NCBI GenBank assembly: GCA_030390025.1
Contig: CM059432.1
Span: forward strand, 27,840,001-27,904,000
Source of the DNA: Squalus acanthias
Lineage: Eukaryota
Direction of reading: 5' to 3'
DNA length: 64,000 bases
A program made the translations under genes and the position numbers. The notes below the pieces were generated by a model. That model did no database searches, had not been told where the DNA came from, and saw only the letters and a list, made by a program, of their open reading frames with translations. Shown here one piece after another: positions 37,351-49,945 of this stretch. The stretch's first letter is position 1. Every line of letters starts with the position of its first letter.

Positions 37351-37525
37351 ATCACCACTCCCATTTAGGCAGGTCTTCTTATCAACACTCCCATTTAGAC
37401 AGATCCTCTTAATGCCTATCCCACTTTGAGAGGAATTCTCATCACTACTCCCACTTTACCAGATCCTTTTATCACCTACCCCACTTAGGGAAGTCATCTT
37501 ATCATTATTCCCACTTCGGAAGGTT
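37351..37525. repeat. Degenerate 30-bp tandem repeat, ~6 units
   Basis: ATCACyACTCCCAyTT... recurs at 37351, 37381, 37411, 37441, 37471 and 37501. Confidence 0.85.
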
Positions 37526-37993
37526 TCAGTTGGAGCTTGGTTGAGCTCAAAAATATCTGCTTAAGTGGAAGTGATGACAAAGAGACCTCCCTTGTGGAAG
37601 TAGTGAGCAAGAAAGAGAGGAAAACAGAGCCCCGAATAGTTTCTGGAATTTTGGTGTGATCTCTTTCAGGAATTATTGCATACAAATATGTATTTGTTTA
37701 TAATTGTAACATACTTTACTTATACCATGTGTCCTAAACTCTGCTCTGTCTGTGTTTATTGAACATTCGCACAGAGGTAAATATCAGTTTAGGAATGCAT
37801 CAAGTAAACGTTTCAAATTTAAAGAAAGAAGCACAGTACGTTTTAAATTGGTTGATGTAAGGTTCAAATTGCTCAATGAATTCTTGGAAAGTAGCTTGGA
37901 CTTTCTGTTCTGGCTTCAGTCAAGTAAATGTACACTAACTAAAAATATCTGGCTATTTTGGTGTGTTGTCCTCAGTCAGAACCATAACTCAAT

Positions 37994-38886
37994 GGGGGAA
38001 AAATTCAGTTGGTTGCGCCTCCCGTTAGCGCCTTAAGAGGGCGCTAATGGGGCGCAAAGCATCCAGCGCCCAGGCGCGGCGAAGTTTGCGCCGCTCGTGA
38101 AATTAACTAGACATTTTGCGGCGGCGCTAAACACTACCGCCACGATCTCCTGCGCCGGCAGATCGTGACGTCAGTCGAGTGCGCAACGCCCCGGTATCAC
38201 CCCGGAGCGGATATTGAGTGGCGCCCCCTGCCTTACCGCCTGACGCTAGCAACGACAGGTTGATAGGAGCGTTCTTCTGTCATGAAGGGAAAGGGGGAGC
38301 GCTATTTAAAGGTGACCGCTTCCTGCCTTTTATTGTTGGTGCCATTTTTGAACTACGCATTCTGAGAGAGAGTGAGAGAGACTTCTGGAGAGATTCAACG
38401 TTGTGTGAAGGAGTTTTGGGTACTGAGCAGCACTTTGCAGGTTCATTTTGATTTGCCATTCCTTGTATCGATTTAGAAGAAACTGTGGGGGCTGCACTCT
38501 GAGCTCTTTGCCTGGTACTCTCCATTGTTCTTTCCAGCACATTTGATGTGCAAGTCTCTCCAGGCCGAGATTCAAGGCTGCAATGAGCAGGATGTGGATG
38601 GAAAGCAAGATCAACCATCCCCTTTAAGAACTGGCCGGTGCCATTGTGTGTGTGTTCCATTGCTGACTGACATTACATGAGCTTCGCCAGCGCTCTGAGT
38701 TAGCGCCTCACTCCTCAGCCTTTGCGCCTTAAGACAGGTGTGCAGCGCCTGATTTAGCGCTCCAATCACCTCCCGGGGCGTTAAAAGTGAAGTTTCCAGT
38801 CAGTGGCGATAATTAGCGCCAGGCGCTAAACTTTGCGCCCGGACGATATTTGCGCCCCAAACGGAGCGCGACTGAATTTTTCCCCC
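37994..38886. mobile_element. Non-autonomous PIF/Harbinger-type DNA transposon
   Basis: Perfect 16-bp TIR GGGGGAAAAATTCAGT / ACTGAATTTTTCCCCC, 3-bp TSD AAT, and CpG-rich subterminal (TA)GCGCC repeats. Confidence 0.88.
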
Positions 38887-39268
38887 AATATGTTTAAAAT
38901 AAAATGGAATAGGTTTGATCTGTGTTGAATAAGTTCATCCAAGTCAGGATGGAAGTAATGGCATTACAGTTGGCCTCAGTGCCCCTAGGCTAGGGACTGC
39001 AAAACTCATCCAGGCTGCCTGCACTTGATCATAGTCTAGTGATTCTTGCTGGAAAAGTGCAGCTATGTCGATGTTGGGTGAGGACATTGCACTTCGAAAT
39101 AAGTTGATGGATCGTTCTCTCTTGCCTCTTTTTCCATTAACTTAAGGGTTCCGCAGGACTTTCTCCCCTCTCGCACTCTGTTCCTTCTTTATATCAATAA
39201 CTCCCGCCACTTATCATCTAATTGTGCGCATTCACAGACCCTCAGTGCCCACAACCTTCAGACACTCT

Positions 39269-39985
39269 GGGCTGGATTTTCATTGACCCGTTGAGGTGGG
39301 TTTGGAGGCGTGTGGGGGGTTAAAATTGCGAAAACTGGTGGGCGGGCACAAGCCTGCCTCCATCCCGCCTCCACGCAATTTTCATTAAATCGTGTCTGCT
39401 GGTCCCGACTCCGTCCCGCCTCTAAGAGGCGGGATAGGCTGTTAAGGCCCTTAACAAGCACTAAATTGCCTCTATAATGCCATTTTGAAAGGCCTTTGTG
39501 ATTTTAACCCTTTTTCTACGTGAAGCACGCCTGTTCGGAACCACGAATGTGAAACCTGGTGGGAGCACATTTGGATAGCTGACTAGCAGGCAGGCAGGCA
39601 GGCAGGCTGGCTGGCTGGATGGATGGATGGATGGATGGATGACATATCTGGGAGTGGTGGTGGATGGGAGACATATCTGGGAGTGGTGGTGCAAAAATAT
39701 CTGGGAGCAGACTTAGGGCTGCTGCTGCTCATTTTGCATCCAGGTCCTCTCACAGCAAAGGCCAGGCAGTCTTTGCAGACCTTCAATGCAGCAGCAATGA
39801 TGACATCATCAGAGGCGCTTTTCAGACTGAAAACACTAATTGGGTCATGGGTTCCCACATGCTGGAACTCAATTGCCCAATTAGCTGAAAATCGCATCAA
39901 TCTCCCACATCCAATTGCAGTCGGGTGGATAACACGAAAAGTGGATGACATGACCCCAACCCCCCCCAGTATCAAAATCCAGCCC
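39269..39985. mobile_element. Non-autonomous Harbinger-type element containing a (GGCA)n(GGCT)n(GGAT)n microsatellite
   Basis: Perfect 12-bp TIR GGGCTGGATTTT / AAAATCCAGCCC and TSD TCT. Confidence 0.8.
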
Positions 39986-40929
39986 TCTAAGTGCGATGAC
40001 TGGGTCACTATTTCTTGATCTCCTCCATGCCCTTCAAATCAACAGGAAATATCTTGTTCCATTCAACATTTCAAAGACGCTAGCCTTGATTTATCAATCG
40101 CGTGAGCCTGACTGGAAGCAGAGCAATACAGGATTTGAAACTGCTCAACACTTTGAGCACTGGTCCCACGGAGTTTATGGGGTCAGCCTCACTAAAATAT
40201 TTTATGAAAAACTTCAGACACAAGAAATGCCCCTGATTGGAAGCTTGTCCAATGGCAGGAGGATATTGCATGCTGCTGTAAGCCCTGCAGCAGCCAGCTG
40301 AAAGGGGCAGACATCACATTAGTTCATATTGATAGTGAAGCAAAATTGTGCATGCCTGGAAGGTGCCCGAGATCAGCCAGGGTTCCTGATGGGGTTGTAC
40401 TAGAAGTTAGACAAAGTAGGGGGGCCATTGTTGGCACACAGACAGACGAAGGGCCCTAAAATGAGCTGCCCAAAGGAAATGGGGCATCAATAATGGTAAC
40501 ACATCTGATCTCTCCCATCAGCCCCTCCAATGCCCGTATAGGTAGTAGAAAGAAATCATGGAACTGCTGAATTCTACAGCGTCCATCTTAGGGCTCAGAT
40601 GCCACCTCAATCCCAATGCCCAGCAGGCAGCCTCCTCACATACTCCTGCCAGGAGGTAGCACTTAGAAATAGCTCCAAATTAGAGTCATAATCAGCCTTG
40701 ACTTAGTTGTAGCACCTCTGAGTCAGCCTCATGTAGGTTCAAATCCCACTCCAGAGAATTGAACACAAAGGCTGACTACCGAGAGGGTACTGCACTGTTG
40801 GAGGTGCTGTTTTTCAGATGAGACGTTAAATCGAGACCCCATCTGCCCTCTCAGGTGGACGTACAAAATCCCATGACACTATTCAAAGAAGAACAAGGAA
40901 GTTCTCCCTGGTGTCTTGGTCAACATTTA

Positions 40930-41820
40930 CCAAATGAGCGCATGGAATTGGAGGCAACCTATTGGCTTGGATAGGGAATTGGTTAGGAGACAGAAAGTAG
41001 GGATAATAGCTATGTACTCAGATTGGCAGGATGTGACTAGTGGCAGCTGGAGTTCAATGTGGGAAAGTGTGAGGTCATCCACTTTGGACCTAAGAAAGAT
41101 AGATTTTCTAAATGGTGAGAACTGTGGAACTGTGGATGAGCAGAGGGGTCCAAGTACAGAAAACACTTAGTGGACAGTTACAAAAAATAATTTAAACAGC
41201 TAATGGAATGTTGGCCTTTATCTTAAGGCTTGACTACAAAGGGGTGGAAGATATGTTACAGCTGTTCAGAGTTTTGGTTGGACCGCATCTGGTGTACTGT
41301 GTTCAGGTCTGGGCACCGCAACTCAGGAAGAATATATTGGCCTTGGAGGGAGTGCAGAGCAGATTCAATAGAATGATACCTGGGCTAAAAGAGTCAAAAT
41401 ATGGGGACATGTTACATAGAAGAGGCTTGTATTCCTTTGTATATAGGAGATTAAGGGGTGAGCTAAGTGAAGTGTTTAAGATGATTAAAGAATTTGATAG
41501 GGCAGATAATGAGAAACTATTTCTCCTAATGGAGGAGTCCAGATCAAAGGAGAATAACCTTAAAATTAGAGCGAGGCAGTTCAGGGGCGATGTTGGAAGC
41601 ACTTCTTCATAAACCTGGAACTGTCCCTCCCAAAAAGCGATTGAGGCTGGGTCAATTGAAAATTTCAAAACTGAGGTTAATGGATTTTTGTTAGGCAAGA
41701 GTATTAAGGATTATGGAACCAAGACGGGTAGATGGAGTTAAGATACAGATCAGCAACGATCAAATTAAAACAGGCTCAAGGAGCTGAATGGCCTGCTCCT
41801 GTTCCTATGTTGTTCCTGTG
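40930..41820 (+). mobile_element. Degraded, internally deleted CR1 inserted in a Deu-SINE
   Basis: GPHLVYCVQVWAP..ALEGVQSRF, with a GTTCCTAT tail. SINE halves lie at 40700-40930 and 41821-42020. Confidence 0.85.
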
Positions 41821-43214
41821 TACCCTTCAGCCAACATCACCACAAAAAGAATATCTTGTCATTATCTCCTTGCTGTTTGTGGGAACTTGCTGTGTGCAAA
41901 TTGGCCGCTGCGTTTTCCTACTTTACAATAGTGACTACACTTCAAAAGTATTTCATTGGCTGTAAAGCGTTTTGCGATGTCCTGAGGTCGTGATGTATAA
42001 ATGCAAGTCTTTCTTTCCTTTTACTTCACACACTGTCACCCAAGGGGAAGCACCGTGGCGGCAAACAGTAGACACACATAAAAATATTTGGAGACTTAAA
42101 AAAATGGCTGCAGTTCAATTGTTGTTTGTACAGAAAGTGTTTGTGACAAGGTTTCTGATCAGGTTTGAGCAGGTGGTATGAGCAGCAGGGTTGTGAGCTG
42201 AGCTGAAAAAGGAGGCGACTGTCACTGAAGGCATGCAGAGGACAGGGGAAAGATGTCAATACAGTCAGCATATGATCAGGCTGTGCGCAGGTCTCCTGTA
42301 CCAGAGCTGCATGAATTTTTCTAGCTGTTGGCGAAAGGTTCTCTCCTGCTTCTTCTTGGTGTTCATCCAGCGCCGCCTGATGGTCTCCTTGCTGCACGTG
42401 GGGCCTTCTTACTTCGCTGCCTCCATCATGATGCCTGGTTGTGGGCAAAGTTAGGCAACATGCAGCACTCCTGGTAATCCTCACTGCTCTGTATTGAAGA
42501 ATGCCCCTAGTGTTACTGTGGATGGTGCTGGGGCCATTTCAAATTCAAATGGTCCACAAGCCTGCGGAATCAATCACCACATTTTTTTCCCCTTCCAGTT
42601 CTGGCCTCTGAGGGCTGCAGCAAATAAACTCTGCCCCCACTCTAGTCGCACTTCTCGGCGGACTCCGCCGAAAATATGTTAATGACCTCAAGTCTGGAAG
42701 AACTTCTGGGGTCAAGGGGAGCATCATTGGGACAACTAGAAGTGGCGCTACACCGGAAATGTTCCCCAAAGCGGAAGCTCCAGGCTTGATTGTGGGTGTG
42801 GGCGGGAAGAGAATCAGTCTCAGCTGTGATGTCACCGGCAGTTGAATAGTCTGCCGGCATTCAATGACAAATGTGGAATGGCCACTTGGGAGAGGTGTCA
42901 GAGGGCTGTTCAAGCTTACAGAATTGCATTGTGGCAAAAAAAGAAAGGGAGGAAAAGTGGGAAAATATAATTAAAGGACAACTTCAGAAGAGGAATCAAT
43001 CACTCATCCATTCGTTTCCCGCTCTCGAATTCTAGACCTAACTTGCAGACTGTGCCAGCAGAGGGCGATGTTGACCTAGTGCTGAATGGGATCCAGGAGC
43101 CAAACATTTTAATTGGATATCGGACTATATTTTCATCTGTTCACCAATTTAATGTGGGTATAAAGCAGGTAATACCACGTTACACTCAGCTACTTTCTCG
43201 CTAAAGTAAACATT

Positions 43215-44065
43215 GCAGAATGGGCATATCATTGGCAAATGAAGTTCAACACAGATAAATGTGAGGTATTACATTTTGGTAGGAAAAATAGGGAGGTCAC
43301 TTATTACTTGGAGGGTGTGAGCCTAGGTGGGGTAGAGGAGCAAAGGGATCTCCGAGTACAAATATACTAATCAGTAAAAGCTGCGACACAGGTTAACAAG
43401 GCCATAAAAAAAGCAAACCAAGCACTAGGGTTTATTTCTGGAGGTATAGAATTGAAAAGTAGGGAAGTTATACTAAACCTGTATCGAACCTTGGTTAGAC
43501 CCCACTTGGAGTACTGCATACAATTCTGGTCGCCATATTATAAAAAGGTTATTATAGAGGCACTGGAGAGGGTGCAGAGAATATTTACAAGGATGATACC
43601 AGAAATGCAAGGGTATACATATCAGGAAAGGATGAACAGGCTGGGTCTCTTTTTTCTTGAAAATAGAAGGCTGAGGGGTGACCTAATAGAGGTCTTTAAA
43701 ATTATTAAAGGTTTTGATAGAGTGGGTACAGAGAGAATGTTTCCACTTGTGGGGAAGAGCATAACTAGAGGCCACCAATATAAGATAGTCACCAAGAAAT
43801 CCAATAGGGAATTCAGAAGAAACTCTTTTACCCAAATAGTGGTGAGAATGCGGAACTCGCTACCACAGGGAGTGGTTGAAGCGAATAGTGATGCATTTAA
43901 GGGGCGGCTGGACAAGCATATGAGGGGGAAGGGAATAGAGGGTTATGCTGATAGATTTAGATGAGGAAAGACGGGAGGAGGCTCGAGTGGAGCATAAACG
44001 CCGGCATGGACTGGTTGGGTTGAATGGCCTGTTTCTATGCCATATATCCTATGTAATCCTATGTA
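43215..44065 (+). mobile_element. CR1 3' fragment
   Basis: WQMKFNTDKC...RPHLEYCIQFWSP...; tail ATCCTATGTAATCCTATGTA. Confidence 0.92.
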
Positions 44066-44490
44066 GCTAAATGTACCCATCTCTGTGACGAACTATTAAC
44101 TGTCTGAGGATTGAGGTGTACTCCCTGCACCGAACACTGTAAACAGAATAATTTTGCGATTTTCTAGAAGGCAATTTCAAAAGCACAACAAATGAAGTAA
44201 TTGCCTGCGGTTGTTTTTTGTGTGGTGTAGATCTGGGACAAGCCAAAAAGGGGCCAGGTGAGCACCAGCACCAAAGCCCAGCAGGAAGGAGCAATGAGGC
44301 AACAGTACTGTAGCATTTCCAATAATAGAAAAAAAGCTGTAAATGTTTCAGGCCCACATAACAATACTAAGTGCACTTTGAGACCTTTCAACAACGTGAT
44401 AAAGTGTTATATAAATTCAAGTATTGCTTTCTTCTTTCAAGCACATTCCCTCAGTTTGATTACATGATTTAGAACATCGGCATACAAACT

Positions 44491-46253
44491 GGGCGCAAAA
44501 TTCGGGGGCTTTACGCCACCCGTTACTGGCAAAAAATGGCAAAAGAGCGACAGCCGTCGCTCTTTCGCCAGCTGGTGGTGGGTCCTGCGGCGTCCGCCAT
44601 TTTTGACGTTCCCTTTGCGCTGCCGGTAACTGGCAGCGCCCTGGAGAACAAAATGGCAGTGTGGTGACGTCAATCGGCATGCAACGCCAAATTAACGTCA
44701 CCAATCCGAACTTCGGCCCTAGCGCTGAATTCAGTGCTGGATCCTAAGCATGTCAGGTAAACCTGGCATTCAAGCAGGCTGACAGTGGCGATGACAGCAT
44801 CTCTTAAAGGGACACACACATCATTCAGGTAAGTTTGGATTTAAGCTCTTGGACTGGGTTTTTATGATTTTATTGAAGTAGTGGCTTGCAGAAATAGATG
44901 TTAAAAGTTTTTTAAGTGTGTAGGGATTGCTGCTGGATGCTTGAAAAGCCTTGGATGGTAAAGGAAAGCCTCTGAGAAGACAGAAATGCTGCAAATACTC
45001 AGCAGGTCAGGCAACATCCGTGGAGAGAGAAACAGAGTTCACGTCTCAGGTCGAGATGTTGCCTGATATGGAGTATTTCCAGCATTTTATGCTGGCACTT
45101 CAGATTTACAGCATCCGCTCGCAGAGGTGGCTGGGTGTGTCAAATCAATCCTCTTCTTCTTCTTCTTCTTCACTCTCCTCTCCCTCTTCTTGGTCAACCA
45201 CTGGCTGGGCAGGCTGCATTTCTTGGGTGTATGAAATGAGGAAGGCACAAGGGTGCAGTTGTGCTGGGGGGAGGGCGGGAAAGCAAGAGGTGCATGCGAG
45301 AAGGAGGATAACGTATGAGGATACTGGCATCTTGTATTCTTTCAGCCCCGCCGCTGGCCAAGGGCTCAGCCATGCCCCTGCCAAGAATGGCCTGCACCAT
45401 CTTCTCCAAGGGCATAAGGTGAGGCTAGGAATGGGAGATGTGCCTCGTGATTGGTGCGGATTGTTGGTAGGTGAGTGATTGGGTGGGGGTCGTGCATTGA
45501 GCAGTGTGTGAGGCTAGTGATGCAGTTGGTGGGAGACGGTTTTTGAAGATGCATTCACTGACCTTGACCAGTGGTCTGAGGTTATGAAGCTTCTTTGGGC
45601 ACTGGAGCCAGGTGGTGGGGGTGACACTGCTGGCAGTGACGGCCTCGTTGATGTGGTCCCATATCGTTCTTTCTGTAGGGCCTCCTGGCCCCTGTGGGTA
45701 GAGGACCTCTCCTGCAGTGTTGACCCCCTGCCCAAAGCTGAAGTGTTTCGTGTGAGACCCTGGGTGCCCCTTCCCTGGCTTGCTTAGCCATTTGTGTTAG
45801 TGCTGAAGCACTTTTACCATTTTTTTAGGTGAGGAAGGCATTTCAGCTTTAAGAGCTGAAGACTGCTATTTGGGAATTCTTTTTAATGTTTATGTTTATT
45901 TTGAAAGGCAGTAAGGGCTGAAAATGCATGTTTTCACTTGATTTTAATTTTAATTAGTTTTGAATGCATTGCCCCTTTAATTCATTGCTCCTTTAAATTG
46001 CACACAATGCCTTGTGAACTCCACAGCCTCGCTCCCAGAGGCTGTGAGAAGCAGCAATGCCGACTGTGGACGGGTCGGAGGCCTATATTAACGCTACCAG
46101 GAGAGCGTTGCATGGTAAGTTAGTGCTGCGCTCCACATCGCCAACCTCCAGAGCCAATTTTGCACCGTTAGTGCTGCGGCCACTTTTAGTGGCCATTAAC
46201 TTGAGTTACCGGTGACACCAGCAATTCTGTTGGTGCACACAAATTTTTCGCCC
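44491..46253 (-). mobile_element. Harbinger deletion derivative with a Myb/SANT-like ORF remnant
   Basis: TIR GGGCGCAAAATT / AATTTTTCGCCC and TSD ACT. Minus strand ~45560-45791 encodes a frameshifted MAKQAREGAPRVS..EVLYP..IWDHINEAVTASSVTPTTWLQCPKKLHNL, followed by an acidic tract near 45150-45195. Confidence 0.82.
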
Positions 46254-49113
46254 ACTGTCTGCAGCTCTTGTAATGCAACCTCCCATCCCTTGTAATGTAG
46301 CCTTCAAAGCCCAGGCAACGCATAGGAACATAAGAATTGCAGATGTGAAAATATATCTAGTTCGCCTTCTACCATAGTCACATGCAACAATGATAATGGA
46401 GTTGTTGACGAATCAGAGCAATCAATCTCTAACAATTAGTCTACAACAGACTCAGACTTGATGTGAGGAAAACCCCCAGTGTTGGGGAGCATTGGGAACC
46501 ATAGGACCAAAGTCACCTGTTCCTCCCAAGAATGCGACACTTACCACATGCCATGTCTCAAATTACTCATATACTGTATCCCAAAATGTTATTTTCTGAA
46601 GGTCAAGTCATATCTGCTCCCCCATTTCTTACTCACTGCTTTGACCTGTTTGAATTTTGTGGGAAAGGCTGTTCTTAGCTGTTATGCCATTGATGGATAA
46701 ATCCTAAATCAGAACACCACGGTCTGTTGGTATCATCAATGTGAGATACAAGGGCCCATTTTATGAGCCTGCACAGATAGCGGGGTCTATATCTTAAATT
46801 CACTGTGTTCAGTGTTTACCCGAATTTCCGATATGCGCTGCTAATGGATGTGGTCCCCTGCTGGCAGAATGGACTCGTAGAATTACCCCTTGTGTAAATT
46901 AAGTGGTACATGATTACCCATTATTTAAATTAGGGGGAACATGGATTAAAATTTTGTATGTGGCCCCCAAGGCTCCATGGTAAGCACCTATGCAGCCCAC
47001 CCATACAAAAAGTTTGGACACCCCAGTTCAGGACATCATCAAACGGCTAGAGAGCGCATTACAGAATGCAGTATTATCACGAGGATTTCGGTATGTGTAA
47101 TGGTAGATGGTTGAAATTTTATCACAGTATCCAAATTAAGTAAAAAAATCATCCCACAGAACAATTACAATCCACTCCTCTTAATTCAAAGTCACTTCAT
47201 TCAAATTATCTGGTAAATTAATGTCTTTTTTGTTGCCTGAGGCCCACAGATCAACCTGGAATCCCAAATGAATCTCCTTACTTGTGCCTGCTTTAAACTG
47301 TGACCCCTGTAGATCCTCTGGTCCACGATGTTCCCGGCACAAGCCCCAATGCCAGATTTCCCTGGGCCCATCTCTATTTGGGCATCCAATGGTTACAGAG
47401 GAAACTGAGGCGGAACACCGGGAACACTCCATCGGCCTAATATAAATCCTTACGCTGGGCCTGCATCTGCTCAGGATGCCCAGGAAGTTCTGGGGCAGTG
47501 TAGTGGATGCACAGATCTGCAGCAATGAGTCTCCACCCTTTTTTTGCCTCTTCACTGTGCCTGGTAATTAAAATCTACCTTTATAGAATTTGTTCTTCCC
47601 AAACGTTGGCTGTGTCTGCAGACAGTATTTTGCATTACATAATACTAATGTGGAGTGCCGGAGGTTACAGGTTTGTCACTGGTAGTGGGAGCAATTTGAA
47701 GTGCTAAGTTAAGAGTATCACACAAACTGTTGTGACAGAGAATTCCACATTCTAAATGATATTAGACAGTTGCTTCAAAAAGAGAAATATTAAAGGGAAT
47801 GGAAAGCGAGCAGGAGAGAAGGATTACACCAGGTGGGTCATGTAAAAAAAACCACTGGCACAGAATGGGCTGTTTCTGTGCTGTACCATTCTATGATTCT
47901 GCGGCCTCGATCTTCCTATTGGTGTTATTCCAATGCATTTCACACCCTGTTGGTTAAAGCTGGCGCTAAAATAACACCAATCAGAAAATCTAGGTTTACC
48001 ATTCTTGTGTCAATGTGTATTGGTTTTATAAATGGGGCCACTAGTTTATTGTGCCTGAGTAGGTCAAACTACATGGATTGCTCCAGTGTTGTGGGGAGCA
48101 TTCCCTGATTCAGTTTGTTTTTCCATGAAAGCCTTCATTATAGACCATATTGACTGCCATTGCTCCCAATATAGTATTTGCGGCAATAGACGAATGATGA
48201 GATGCAACACTGTCCCAGCCATTGATTAAACTATACTTGTCTGAATCCTGTGATGGCTTTCACAACATGTACAGTGACTCATTCTCAAGGATTGAAGAGA
48301 GACTGACCTTTTACTACGTGATCAGATTTTCGTGTCTAATGTTACAGATGATGTGGTTTCATCATTCCTAGGAAAACAAGCATGGGATGATCCCTCATCC
48401 AGGGTCATTTCCTCATAGTCGCACCAGGAGACCCCAGTGGGGGCAGGGTGTGGTAATCCATTAGCAATGCTCAGGCACTGCAGTCATATCTCTATTGTTT
48501 GCAAAATAAAGCCCCCATTAAAATATCGTGACTTTAAAAGAAAAACAAGCTGAGCTCATGTGCAAAGCTGGCGTATTGCCTGCCCATAGCGACTCCTCTC
48601 TGTGGGCCCCACTTACATTGTTTTCTCTCTCCTAGAAGTTGGATTGTGGTATTGATGAAGGGTCACACTCGAAGCATTAACCTATCGTTGTCTTCTGTTG
48701 TTGATGAGGCTGCTGCGCTCTTTCATTATTTTCTATTTTCATTTCAATGTTCATGCAAACATTATTCACAAATTCTCTCCCTCTGCATCTCACAGCGCAA
48801 CTTAGCACTGTTTTTCTTTCTTTCTAAGAAGCTACATGGCTGTCAGTCTGTACTCTCTTTCTCTCGCTCTCTCCCTCTCTTTCTCTCTATGAGCCCTGTT
48901 TTTCCTCAGATCATTTTCTGTGCCACTTTCTCTCCTTTAAAATCAGCTGGAATGTTTTAGTCCATGGTGCCTCTGGTCCATCAGTTGAATTTGATTGGCT
49001 TTCCATCAGAACAATAATGATATCGAGATCAGATTGGAGCCTGGGCCATTGGGGTGGTGCGTCTCCTCTCATGAGTTCTGGTATGGCTCACTAAGCCATG
49101 GGACAGTGTAGCC

Positions 49114-49222
49114 GCCCATCCTTTGTAATGCAGCCTCCTATTCCCTGCAATGCAACCTCCCATCCTTTGTAATTCAGCCTGCTATCCCTTGTAACGCAGC
49201 CTCCCATCCCCTGTAATGCAGG
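49114..49222. repeat. 22-bp tandem repeat (CCCATCCCTTGTAATGCAGCCT), ~5 units
   Basis: Visible tandem; about two units of the same motif lie at 46266-46303. Confidence 0.8.
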
Positions 49223-49529
49223 CTATTGTGATATAAACCATTCTGCAAGATTCTAATTTAGGATGAGATCTAAAATACTTGCCCTGGAATGAGAAAGATG
49301 GATAATACAACTCGCCCATTATACATTAAACACAAAGGAAAACCAAATCCCTCAGGAGACGATGAGCTGGTTTAAACCAAGCTATAAACTCCACTCACCT
49401 ATTTGCTCAGGGCTTTGGTTATATTAAAATAACACCATCATTATCTTCTATCTTAGATCTTTCTCTTGATATTTCCTTTTGAATACATTGCAAATGGTAA
49501 GATTTTAAATGGAGTTAGATGAGCTTTGT

Positions 49530-49945
49530 GTGCAGAGACACAGGTTCTTTCGGAGGGGAGCGCAAGTAGACAAGGCTATAGCTAGGGCAAATGGAATCCT
49601 TGGTTTTCTTCCTAGAGACATAGAAGAAAAAGTAAGGAGGTAATTTAAAACTTGTACAAGATCTTAGTTAGGCTGCAGCTGTAGTATTGCATACAGTTTT
49701 GGGCATTCCATTATAGGAAGGATATCAAAGCAATAGAAAAATTGCAGGTTAGATTCAGTAGTGATGTGGGGTTACAGTCATAAAGAAAGAATGGAGAAGT
49801 TAGGGTATTTTCACTAGAGCTGTGAAGATGAAAGGGCGACCTGATGGAGGTTTTCAATAGTAAGAAGGCTTATGATGAAATAAATAATGGTAGATTGTTT
49901 CTATCTGTCAGTGAGATGGTAACAAGAGGATGCAAATATAATGTA
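49530..49945 (+). mobile_element. Old CR1 fragment
   Basis: Degenerate match to the RPQLEYCVQFW / RGDLIEV coding region. Confidence 0.65.

Noticed and set aside
37351..37525. CRISPR-like array
   Set aside because: The context is eukaryotic, the units are contiguous and degenerate without unique spacers, and there are no cas genes.
38166..38173. Second perfect CRE (TGACGTCA)
   Set aside because: It lies in the CpG-rich end of a transposon far from the promoter, so there is no support for a host function.
42040..42780. 152-aa ORF or possible further Harbinger remnant
   Set aside because: No recognisable domain, and I could not define a TIR pair or TSD.
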